This document shows positions 52,860 through 64,000 of a stretch of 64,000 nucleotides of DNA, one piece after another. Where the stretch lies: NCBI GenBank assembly GCA_028534125.1, contig CM052818.1, forward strand, positions 18,664,001-18,728,000, given 5' to 3'. Both the position numbers and the translations under genes were made by a program. Source of the stretch: Lama glama. Lineage: Eukaryota. Numbering within the stretch: the stretch's first letter is position 1; every line of letters begins with the position of its first letter. The notes beneath the pieces were generated by a model, which made no database searches, was not told the origin of the DNA, and saw only the letters and a program-made list of their open reading frames with translations.

Positions 52860-54860
52860 AGTAGACAGATGAAGGAACAGCACAGAAACAGCCTAAAGCA
52901 CCCACAGAAATGTATTATGTGACAAATGTTACATTTCTAAGTCAATGGAGAAAGGAGAAACTGGATAAATCGGGCAAGGACAACCAGCTAATAATTTAGG
53001 AAAATAACTATGTAGATCCCTATTTCATACCTTATATAAGAATAAATAAATTCAAAATGGGTTAAATATTTCAATCTAAAAGTTTAGACGAGAAAAATAC
53101 TGGAAGAAAACATAGGTGAACACTTCTATAATCCTGGAGAGTATCCTGACTTTCTAAGATTCCCCTGACCAAGAATCACCAACATAAAGAAAAGGACTGG
53201 TTTGATGATACAAAAATTAAAACTTCTAAGTTTTGAAAGATTACTACAGCAAACTGAGGGGAAAATATTTCCAACATAAACAAAGGCCTAAAATCCTTAC
53301 TATAGAGAGAGCTCTTTCAACACTAAGTAGGAACATTTATTTTAAAATAGGTAAATGACTTGAATAGGGAATTGACAGAATAATATAAACTAATTTTATA
53401 AAAGGATGTTCTACTTCAATAATAAGCAAAGAAATGCACATTAAAACAATGATAAGAAACCTCTTGTCTCTGAGATTAACAAATTAAATTTATGAGTTAA
53501 ATTCATAATTTTATTGCTGATAAACTATAAATAGGTAAACTTCCTAAAGTGTAGTCTAGAAAGATGTGTCAAAATTTGAAAAATTCACAGACTTTGAACC
53601 AGCAATTCCATTTTACAGGAATGAATCATAAAGACATAATGAAAAAAAATCAGATGACTATAGGGAGACAGGTAGCCTGATACATAGCTAGGGATGTACA
53701 ACCACTCTTAAGGGCAATCTGGCAGTAAATATTAAAACTTAAAATGTGCAAACCACATTATCCAGAACATTCCACCTCTCAGTATTCCACACACATGCCC
53801 AAGGAGGCATTTACAAAGCTATCCATTGCAAGAAAATTGTAACAGTAAAAAACTGGAATCAACCTAAATGCCCACCAAAAAGGGAGTATCTAATTGAACC
53901 ATGGAGTATCCATATTATAGAATTGTATGCCATTTGAATATAGTAGCCATCATATGTATTGATATAGACAGATCTCTAAACATATTTTAAACGAAAAAAC
54001 AAGCTACACAACAAAACATGTGTTTAAGCTTAAAAAAAAATTTAGAAAATTCTATATATTATATATAGTCTGTAAGTCTACACAGATGAGTATAAAAGCT
54101 CCAATAGAGTCTGTAAGGTTATACACAAAACTGATAACTACAGTTACCTCTGGGAAGGAACTGGAATTAGGGATTATAGTTTACCTATAATGTTCTCATG
54201 TATTATTTGATTATTTTATTTTGGCAGAGGGGGAGGTAAATTAGGTTTATTTACTTTTTGGAGGAGGTACTGGGTATCGAACCCTGGACCTTGTGCATGC
54301 TAAGCATGCACTCTACCACTTGAGCTATACCCTTCCCTCCTCATGTAACATAAGAATGTTTTATGTGTAGCTAAAAGTTAAAAAGTAAGGGCAAAAAGAT
54401 AAAAACAAATGCACAAAGTTGCATGTACAAGAATACCTACTGTAGTACTGTATGTAACAGTGAAAAATAGGAAGCAACCTATTAGCAATGGTTGGTTAAT
54501 TAAATTATTACACATTTCCACAACGAAATACTACAGATAATATACTGGAGGCATTAAAATGACAGCAATTTATATTTACAGATATCTATTTTTTGATTTA
54601 TAAACATATCTACAGTGCATTAAGACAAAAAAACAGATTCTAAAACAAGTGTATGTATCCAGATACACTGCTTTTTATAGTGTGTGTGCATATGTGCACG
54701 CACGTATTAAAATTTTTGTGGATACAGATATACTCTAACAAAGCTAAGAGCAGCTACCTTTGGGGTGGTGGGATTTGAAGTGACCATAACTTTCTTCTTT
54801 ATGTATTGCTGTATCTTCTGATTTCTTTCTGCAATGATTGTATACCCTTACTATATTCAG
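52860..54860 (+). mobile_element. Old L1 fragments (ORF2 3' part and 3' UTR), several pieces
   Basis: Degenerate L1M motifs (tagatccctatttcatacc, ccagcaattcca, aaactggaatcaacctaaatgccca). Confidence 0.7.
54203..54338 (-). mobile_element. tRNA-Ala-derived SINE inserted in old L1 sequence
   Basis: Reverse complement of the same head; flanking ctcatgta repeat. Confidence 0.88.
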
Positions 54861-55149
54861 AAAAAAATTCTAAATGTATTTCGATATTTTTTCTGTTTCT
54901 ACAAGGTTGAGATTTCCTGAAATCTGACACTTACCGGCTACCCAGTTGCCTCACCTTAAACACTCTACCAGGCACTGGGGACACGAGTTTATGAACATGG
55001 CACATGCATACATCACTTATTATGTAAGTCCTGGGTCTGTGTCATGTCCTCCTCCTCAAAGATCGTCCCTCCATGATAACCACCAACCACCTGTGCCTCA
55101 AAATTTTATAAAATCTAAACAATATGAATCATGGAAAGCATAGAGGGTC

Positions 55150-55590
55150 ATAACCCACTGCAGCTGTCCACCAACAGTGCACCCTGAGCAGAATTCAGGA
55201 TGAAAAATCAGGATGAAACATTGTGTGCTTTGAATATCCGGGACCCTAGATAATTAAGATGCATATCTGAGGAGAAATTTCAATGACTCCAGATTCTTGC
55301 ATCTTCCCAGACATAGATATCTGTTCTTTATTTTTTTAATTAACTAATTAATTTTTGTTAATGGAGGTACTGGGGATTGAACCCAAGACTCTGTGCATGC
55401 TAAACATACGCTCTACCATTCAAGCTATATCCCCTACCCCAGATATCTGTTCTTTGTGATTAGCAGTAATCTTTTACCAAGATGTATGCCTGACCACAGG
55501 TATTTCCCAGCCAAAAAATGTATATATATACTGGCTTCTCCCCTGCCTCTTCAGAGCAGTCTCCTGGCCATTCTCTGGAATGATTTCTGA
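55150..55590. mobile_element. ERV LTR-like fragment (boundaries approximate), split by a SINE
   Basis: Resembles ungulate ERV LTR sequence by eye (gagcagaattcaggatg..., TATA-like tatatata near 55520). Confidence 0.45.
55330..55440 (-). mobile_element. tRNA-Ala-derived SINE nested in an LTR-like element
   Basis: Reverse-complement head; 15-bp TSD agatatctgttcttt (55315-29 / 55441-55). Confidence 0.9.
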
Positions 55591-55630
55591 TTTCTTTCTC
55601 CGATTTAAATGTTAACAGCAGTTCACAAAC

Positions 55631-55783
55631 CTTTCTCAAAGCCTTCATATAGGCAGCAGCTTTTTTCTTGTACTGCAGCATGCATTCAGCTGAAAGAGGA
55701 CTGATGAATCCACTCGCTGCCCTAGGCCCATAGCTCAGTGAAGCAATGAAGTAGTCCACATTGTTGCTGAAGAAAGATGCAAT
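55631..55783 (-). CDS. PPP1R21: PPP1R21 coding exon (153 nt): IASFFSNNVDYFIASLSYGPRAASGFISPLSAECMLQYKKKAAAYMKALRK
   Basis: Overlaps ORF 55460..55759; ggtttag| acceptor, AAG|gtttgt donor; 51 codons. Confidence 0.95.
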
Positions 55784-58165
55784 CTAAACCAAGCGTGACA
55801 AGAAGACAGAATCTGTTTTCCAATAATATATCTAAAATACATACCTGATAGCTTTCAGAGCAAAGTAAAAACTACTGAGAATGGAAATGAAATGTCAACA
55901 CTTGCCTCAAAAGCCTACATTTCTTTATTTGAAGAGAATACCTAGGCAATGATTTATAATAAAAAGACAAACCAGTACAAATACTGAGAACAGTCTTTTG
56001 ACATGTCTTAATCTAGACCATTTCTATTCTCCCTGAAAACCATGACTAACCCCAATTTAACCTGGAGATGATGCTCATGAGCTTTTTACTTCACTAATTC
56101 TGCCCCTGCTCTCAAAATATATATGTTTGGATTTATAGATTCCATTGGCATTTTAACTTTGAATGTTTCATATTCCAACATACAACATGACAAACACCTT
56201 GAATATATCTCTACTTAAATTTAACTCTGCAAATCTTAATCTGTGTGTACAAATATAACAGGAAAAAAAGACTGAAAATTCAGTAAACCCTTGTCATTTA
56301 CAGATTTATCATTTGTTAAATCTATGTAAGCAGCCACAAAGATCCTTAACTGTAATACTGCTGAGCCACAATTTTGAATCAACAGTGCTACATGAAATGC
56401 TGATATAAATCAAAATGTCTCAGGAATTCCTTAGCCAGAAAAATTAAAGTCTTGGATATATTAAATAGTATTTCATTTTAATAAATAAGAAAAAAGTGAC
56501 TAGTGAAATACAGGATTCTACCTTGGCAAAAACGGCTCAGAAAGTAAGAAATCACTCACTAATGGTATGAAAGGTTATCTTTTTCATTAATATTTTCCTG
56601 TGTCAAATGAAATTCTGTTAGGTAGTATTCAAGAAAATGAAAACTCAAAATCTTGAGCTGTGTATTCCTTGTGCATGACACGGATAATCACTTACCCAGC
56701 GTTTGCATTTAGGTCATGGTAGTATGTGGTGAGGTTTACTTTCTTTACTCTTTCTAATATTTCTACATTTACCAAATGTTCTGTAATATGCATATGTTAC
56801 ACTTTCCTAGGGGTTTTTTAAATTACAAATGATAAAATTTAGTTTAATCAAATCACCTTAGCTGCCACCAACTTAACACTTACTTCAGATACTTATTTTA
56901 GTTAAAAACCATTTATAAAAATTTCAGTGAAGATCAAATACTTTACCTTGAGACAACTTTTAAGGTTCCAGGTAAAGCAAATCTAAAATAACCTATAAAG
57001 TATATGAGTATTTAATAGTCCAAAGTTCTCATAAAAAGTCACAAACGTAGAGGTTCCTATAAAATGTCACCATTCTCTTTTTCCAGAACTTTTCTTAATT
57101 GAATTAAAGTAGAAACAGCCTCAGAAAACTTCCAGCATGCCTGCAGATAGAAGCGTTAAAGAGGAGGCAGTTGGGATGGTCTTCTGGCTAAGGAATCCTG
57201 TAAGGCACTGATCTGTGAGCTGACAACCTAGAGACAACACCTTCTAATTACAGACCCAAACTAGAACAAACTGTCACTAAGAGCAGGCTGAGTTTGGAAA
57301 AAATGACATTGAATACCAAAGATGATCTATGATCTTTTAGATTAACTTAAACCACTTGAAAAAAGTATGTTCCTATTAAGGTCAACATGTCAGAAAAATT
57401 ATGGCACATAACACAGAAATCAGCATTTCTTTAAGAAATTATGTTGAGTATGCTGAAAAATATGGGCTAAGATCATCCTGAACAGTCCTTTGAATTTATA
57501 TGTATGGGTAATTCTCAGAGAAATTCTTATTATTAAAGGCTATGATGAACATGTACTCTTAGAATGTGACATCTGCTAAAACTAGTTATCCAAGATAGAA
57601 CTATTTTTAAAGGCCCTGCACTTTGGTCAGCTTATAATAGTAACTAAGTACTTAATGGTCATTATTTAACATTAAAAGTTCAATGAAAAGACACATGTTA
57701 AAGTCAACTTAAAAGTACTTATGAAGGCACAAAACCACAGAAGTAGCATTATGACAAATGTTACCAAAAAACAAACAAAAAGCATTGAGGGAAAAAACAA
57801 AATATTAACAGAAGTTTTATATTTTTTCTCTTTTTATATATCCCAAATTCTATACAGCAGATCTTTAACACACACACAAGGATCTACAGTGAGACCACCT
57901 AGAATCTTCAAATCATCAATCAAGTATCTCATTAAAACATCAATAGTGACTGACCCACTTATTCATCACAAATGCTTAACAGTAATTACCATATTGTTCT
58001 AAATATGAGGTAGGAAGGAGGAAAAGGGAGACAACTTTATTTTAAAGCCTGAAAATCCAAAACCATTTTACAGATTGATTTACCTGTGTCATCCAAGAAA
58101 AAAAAAAAAAAAGGAGCACACTTAAGAATTAAATTTAATGTCAATATAAACCAGAGAAAAATTAC

Positions 58166-58293
58166 CTTTCCTGCTCCATTTGTCAATGCCACTACCGATG
58201 ACAGGATGCAGTCATTAGTTGTTATGAGCTTCTGTGTTGCTGTTGGAAGTTCATGCTCTATCGTAGCCTTTTGACTATAATGTTTGGAAATAT
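58166..58293 (-). CDS. PPP1R21: PPP1R21 coding exon (128 nt): DISKHYSQKATIEHELPTATQKLITTNDCILSSVVALTNGAGK
   Basis: Within ORF 58037..58321; tttatag| acceptor, AAG|gtaat donor; in frame with both neighbours. Confidence 0.95.
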
Positions 58294-61200
58294 CTATAAA
58301 ACCAATCAAATGGAAACTCATTACTATCTATATACAAGTTGCATACAGCTAACCAGCCCATTAACATCTCATATTTACTCTTACAAATTTACAAAATAAA
58401 TTTGACAAAAAGTGGTTCGTGAAAATCAGGATTGTGCTGAGTATCAATCACATCACAAGTGCCTGTGGAAAGAATAGAAAGTGGTGAAGTTCCCTTAACA
58501 CCATCCTGGTATCTCTATTACAGCTCCCAGCTTGTGGGTTGAATTCTCCCTCTTTTGAGTATTAGCCCTTATTCTACTGCTGGGTAAAATGAGCCTGACT
58601 AGTATTTACCGCCTGAAAACCTTGTTTTGATAGCCCAGCAGGCACAAATGAGAATTTATATTGTGCTTATATAAACAAACCATGAGGCTGGAAAAGAATA
58701 ACCAACATGGGCACAATGTCCCATAATCCCTACTGGATCTTAGCTGGTTGGCCAGACACACTCTAACAATCAGAAAGGTCTGCATGGCCAAATAAGGATT
58801 GGATACTCTAGCGTTTGGCTTCACATGCTATTGCCTCCAGTCCAAGAAACTTGTAACAAAGGCCTCTGCTTATAAAAGCATAGAAGAGAGGCTTAGATAT
58901 AATTGTGTTGAGAGAAACAGCAGTAGGTGAAACTGGCCAAACAGCTAATCTTGGGGTTTTCTGGGTCTCTGAGAAATAAAATAAATTCATCCTGGAAACA
59001 AGAGAAAATGGGAGAATTTCAAGACAACATTGATTTACAAGGAATGGTAACTATATTTTTAAATAATAACGTGTTTACAATATATAGCCTCCTCTGAATT
59101 GTTAATACTTGTTACAAGATTATCATTACCAGAAAAGTCAAAAATAAATCACAAAACATGGAAATGAACTTTTTAGAGCAGATGTGTAAACAAAGAATTT
59201 CATTTATTCAGAATCAAGAAATTTAGCTGATTTTAGACTACGGGTAATTAAGAGGAAATAAGACTATTTAGAAAGATATGGTATTTGAGATTTAATCTGA
59301 CAATGATCATGATATTTTAACACAAAATTACTGTTTTAAGAATAAGATTAATTTTACTACAATTTAACAGAAAATTGTGTTGTTTGTATATATTGTATGT
59401 ATATATACATATAAACTTTCATATATATAACTTACAGTTTAAGATAGTTTAAGGTTTATAGAAAAATTACAGAGCTTCCTGGATACCCTTCATCCGACAC
59501 TACTACGGTACAGTTGTCTCAGTGAAGGGACCAAATAATTGGTACATTACTATTAGGTTTAATATATTTTTAAAAAATAAATGACTATTCATAAGATATC
59601 CAAGTGAATAAAAATTCAATTGGAATGCTGAACATTTTTTGTATACTGAACTTGCTAGCCCCTAGAGCAGATACTTTCTTTCTATACACCACAGAAAGTT
59701 TTACTCAATATTGTACTGTCAATATACAATAATATAATACAACTGGCTTAGTACATAATCTTGGTCGATTGGTGTAGGTGACTGAAATACTTATAAAAGA
59801 TGTACACTACTAAGAACCCTCACAGAGGGTTCTATTGAATTAAAGCCACTGTAGTTTGACTATAGTAATTCCAATCCAATTGTTTACTCTTTACTGAGTC
59901 CAAATATTTTCATTATTTAGTGTGTTCCTTGATATTAAATTTTAACTCCAAAAAGAACAAGGAAATCATGTGATCTAGACCACAGAGGTTTATTTTTATT
60001 TTATGTTTCCTACAAGTCTACTCACTTTAGACCTAAGACTAAAGATCAAACAATTCTCACTTAAAATGCCACTTGTTAAAAAATTAATTCACCCCCATTT
60101 TAATTCCATGTAGGATACACATTTTCATAAATCTTTCTCTTTTTATACTAACACCAGCCCACCTGCTTACTTGCCTTCCGTCCTTCCTTCTTTCCAGCTT
60201 AGATCAAGCAATTATTCAGGGCAAAGCATCAAGAGAAAAGGTTTGAAATAAGAATTCTCTTAAGAACAAAGTTTATTCTGTTAATGCCAGTTAGTGCTCA
60301 CTCTGAGCTTTCATGAGAGACACACAATAGTGTTCCAGCTAGGTAAGAAGACAGATTTGAACTGTAAACCTAGCAACAAGAGCCCTAATCTGCTACCAAC
60401 CATCCTTCATGTTTTCCAATATCCTCTCCTTTTATTTTGTCCACTTTCAAGGACAGAAACAAGATGAGGCACAAAGGGGGCTTAGGGGGCCTCTGATCCT
60501 CCCTAATCTCCACCAGCTCATGCCAGAGAATAACAGTAACATTCTTTGACTTGGACTACTTGGCATCTTCTTAATCTTATGTCACATATAAACAAAAGCA
60601 TCTTTAGAAAACTTAAAAATGTATTATTATTTACAGAAGCAGAAATAAAAATCAAGATTTTTTAATGTAAATGAAGCTTTAAGATCTTTCTCAAGGGATA
60701 GCTACCCTCCACTGCTTTAGCTACCCTCCTTTATCAAAATTCTACAAAAAACACTAGGAGGAACAAATCGTAACATTAGCAAAGGAAAAGTTAGAAGACA
60801 AAGCCAAAAAACCTGCAGCCACAGAGCTACTTGTGGTTTCATCAATGGCCTAGTTCTAGGTTAAGTAAAGTTCTAGAACAGAGACTATAGTTAACGAGCT
60901 CCCCAAATCAAAAGCTGCACAGCTGAAAGGTATCAGTCCCTCAGGTTTTCTACAGACCAGACTAAATTCTGGAGGGTTGGGGCTGACTATTGTCACCTGC
61001 CACCAAGACTGTCCATGCAAGCTATGATTCCTGAAAGCAGACCTAGCTCCAGAAGTACAGTGACTTTAAATTCCTTATAATTGAAGGCAAGCCACAGGAA
61101 GGAGCATTCTCCAGACTGAATGGCAAAGTGATACTGGATAATACTGCTGAGACTAAGACTGATTCTCACTACCAGAGGTTATGTGCCAATCTATAGAAGG

Positions 61201-62013
61201 TCCCAAATATATCTATTTTATATATGCCATCCAACAAAGTTTTAAGTTTTTAAAAGGTATTTTCTGTGAAACCAGTCATTGGTCACAATTGTACACTAAA
61301 CACCACAGTGAAAAATCTAGGCACCTGGGCTGTTTCCAAAAGTCCTTAATAATTGCTCCTGTCCTCTCCTCCTGCACTTACTCCAACAGTCTTCAAAAGG
61401 AAGAGAAAGGAGGAAAAAACTTAGGAGACATGCAGAGCTACAGATTAAAAAGTCAGGACTCAGAATCACATGCTAAGAAGCAAATGAAATATCCTTCAAC
61501 GATTATATTCTTAGGCACACATAGCAACTGACAAAAGCTTAAAAACAGACCTTCATTCCTTAAGCCTCTGCTGAACAAAACAGAACTTAAAATGGGTACT
61601 CCAAACCTAAAAATGCACAGGAGGGTAGAAAACCAGTGCATTCTTTCTGGGTACATTAAACCTTCATTTCCTCAGTTCCTTCATGCTTGGGCTCTAACAA
61701 GTGCAATATTTTGCTAAATGCTTCTGAATAGCATGTCTGGTTTGATAAAATTCACACACCTGCCTTAAGTCAGAGTAATGCATTTTTGGCTACAGTTCTG
61801 TGCACAAGAGTTTCTCTTCAGCACTCTGTTTACCTTCAGGAAAAAAGCAGATGGGAAAAGCAGAAGGCAGAGAGCTGTGCACTTCAACGTAAGCCAAATG
61901 CTACTAAGCCTTTATCTGGGGTCTATTACTCTCGGCAGTATTTGTTTAAATCTCATTTAGGCAGATCTGAGAAAATGGGACGAAGCCTATTTAGGTTCTT
62001 TTTCAAGCCTCAC

Positions 62014-62106
62014 CTTTCATGACATCATGAAATCCATTCAGAGCAGCACCAACATTTGTTAGCACAGAACTGTAGTTTGTTCGAAGGAGTCCATCGGGCT
62101 CTGTAC
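62014..62106 (-). CDS. PPP1R21: PPP1R21 internal coding exon (93 nt, phase 1-1): ..TEPDGLLRTNYSSVLTNVGAALNGFHDVMK
   Basis: Acceptor ttcctag| and donor AAAG|gtgagg; the terminal G joins AT of the next exon to make Asp; peptide matches remembered human PPP1R21. Not in the ORF track; read manually. Confidence 0.92.
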
Positions 62107-62489
62107 CTAGGAAATCAAGATCACAAACCTAAGCATTTTCCCAGAAGACTCCTCCTGAAAAACTGATAGCCCACTATCTCCCCTGTACTTTAGAGAATGA
62201 ATACTGTCTGTGATATGTTGAAAATAGTGGCTTTTAACATCATTGCAGACACATTCGGATAAAATGGTGATAATTGAAGACACATCTAAATTGATTTTCA
62301 TCCCCTATGTCGACAAATATTAATGGTTAAGAATCAAAATTAAATTGCTCAGCAGGGTTATGTCTTTCACAATTCTTTTTGAAATAACGTCTCTGTGAAT
62401 TTCACCTTATTACTATAGAACACATTTCTCATTTTGCTCTTTCCCTACAGATTATTATTTGCTGAACATCACTAAAAACACTATTACTC

Positions 62490-63775
62490 AAACATAGTTC
62501 CAATTCTGGCACGACAGCACAACCCAGCTCCACAGATCCACTCCCAGTACAACTGGTGAAATTATTTTACAACCACTTAAAACGTTGGAAATTACCCTAA
62601 GGGCACACAGCAAATGAAGAAATAGTTACTCAAGAAAACCTGTATCAACTTGGTAAGAACAGTAAGAATCTGTGGTATTTGAACCAGGACCCACTCTCTC
62701 CCCCTACCAGTCAGTGAGCTAGAAATCCCAGTCCAGAGGGTACCGCCACTGACACAGGACTCCCTCTCCCCTAATTCAGCTGGACAGCTGAGTTCCTTAT
62801 CTTGCTCCCAGCTACCTGTTGCTGAGGCTAAGTTCTAGGTAAGTATGACTCAGAGGTGGTGGCTTTCTTCTATCATCCAGCCCCGACTTGTGGGATGGAG
62901 GCTTTACATGGGCATGGTGCTGCTGAGAACATGGGGCCTTGACCACCCTGACCCCAACTCATTAACAAGAGTTCCATGCTGAAAGAGGCAAGCTGAGGAG
63001 AGCTAGGGCTCCTGCCCTATCCTGTCCATGGAGTGCTCAAGCACTCATGCAAGAGTGTCACTCTGAGAGAAGTGCATCATTGTCCCCACCCTTAGCATAG
63101 AACCACGGCTCAGAGATTTAGTCCAAGGGAGAAACAGTTTTTTAAACAGAAAGCTCTGGATCTCTTTCCAAAAGAACTAATTTAATTCGCAACAGACTGG
63201 GGAGAAGTTTAAGCCTAGGGGTGCTGTGAAAGCAATTGATGTACAAAAGAAACTAGTACATTCATTGGAGATATAAGCTTAACTGACATCTATCAACTGA
63301 TTCTTAACAAGGGTTCCAAGACCATTCAACAGGGAAGGAATAGTCTTTCAATGCATGATGCTGAGACAGCTGGATAGCCACTATGCGAAAGATTAAGTTG
63401 AACCTTACCTCACACCATATACAGAAATTAACTCAAAATAGATCAATGACCTAAATGTAAGAACTAGAAGTATAAGACTCTCAAAAGCACCCATAAGGAT
63501 AAGTCTTCATGACCTCACATTTGACAACAGATTCTTAGGTATGACACCAAGAGCCTCAGTACCAGAAGAAAAATAAATTTGACTTCATTAAAATTAAAAA
63601 CTTATACTTCAAAAGACACCATCAACAAAATGAAAAGATAATCTGTAAAAATGGAAGAAAATCTTGAAAATCAAATCTCCACTAGGGAAATGCAAATCAA
63701 ACCTACAATGAGATACCACTTCAAAAAGTCGGGTAACAACACAAGGGTGGCTAAAATCAAAAAGTCACATAACGA
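62490..63775 (+). mobile_element. Old L1 fragments (5'-UTR-like piece joined to an ORF2 3' piece)
   Basis: caagaccattcaa...aatagtctttcaa, cctcacaccatatacagaaattaactcaaaatagatc, gggaaatgcaaatcaaa ORF2 motifs from about 63290. Confidence 0.75.
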
Positions 63776-64000
63776 GGGGGAGAACAAGATGGCAGAGTAG
63801 ATGGACATTAAGCCCACCTCCTCCCTCAAAAATACATCTACAAATCTCACAGAATATCTACTGAAAGCTGAGAGAATATCTCATACAACCAAAGCTGCAA
63901 GAAAGATTCACATGAAACTGGGTAGGACAAAGGGAAAGGGGAGAAGAGGAAGAATTGGGGTGGGACATACACCCGAGGGAGCTGTGAAAGAGGAAAGGTT
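63776..64000 (+). mobile_element. 5' end of an L1 element, running off the window
   Basis: Starts gggggagaacaagatggcagagtag, an L1-like 5' terminus with a YY1-type caagatggc motif, interrupting older L1 sequence. Confidence 0.7.

Noticed and set aside
1..64000. A novel multi-gene biological system
   Set aside because: All coding signal is explained by PPP1R21 exons and an RPL29 retrocopy; the remainder is promoter, intron and common mammalian repeats.

Overview
Mammalian genomic DNA, most likely a camelid, inferred from five copies of a tRNA-Ala(AGC)-derived SINE resembling the camelid Vic-1 type. The right half (about 36.5-62.1 kb, minus strand) holds the last ten coding exons and the 3' UTR of PPP1R21. 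All ten splice in frame through GT-AG introns to the stop codon after ...GNSKKNKSR. A CpG island at about 26.0-26.95 kb with a minus-strand splice donor is, by human synteny (PPP1R21-STON1-GTF2A1L), the promoter and non-coding first exon of STON1, so 1-26.4 kb is probably STON1 intron 1. An RPL29 processed pseudogene with a 17-bp target-site duplication (TSD) lies at 28.1-28.7 kb. The rest is ordinary interspersed repeat (L1, L2, MIR, MaLR/ERV LTRs, MER20, Tigger MITE), named by eye only. I find no convincing new multi-gene system. The best leads are a long-range inverted repeat looping out a candidate cryptic exon in a PPP1R21 intron, a TSD-flanked chimeric L1/non-L1 retro-insertion, and an intronic CpG-rich mini-promoter or enhancer. 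Most ORFs in the supplied track are spurious.
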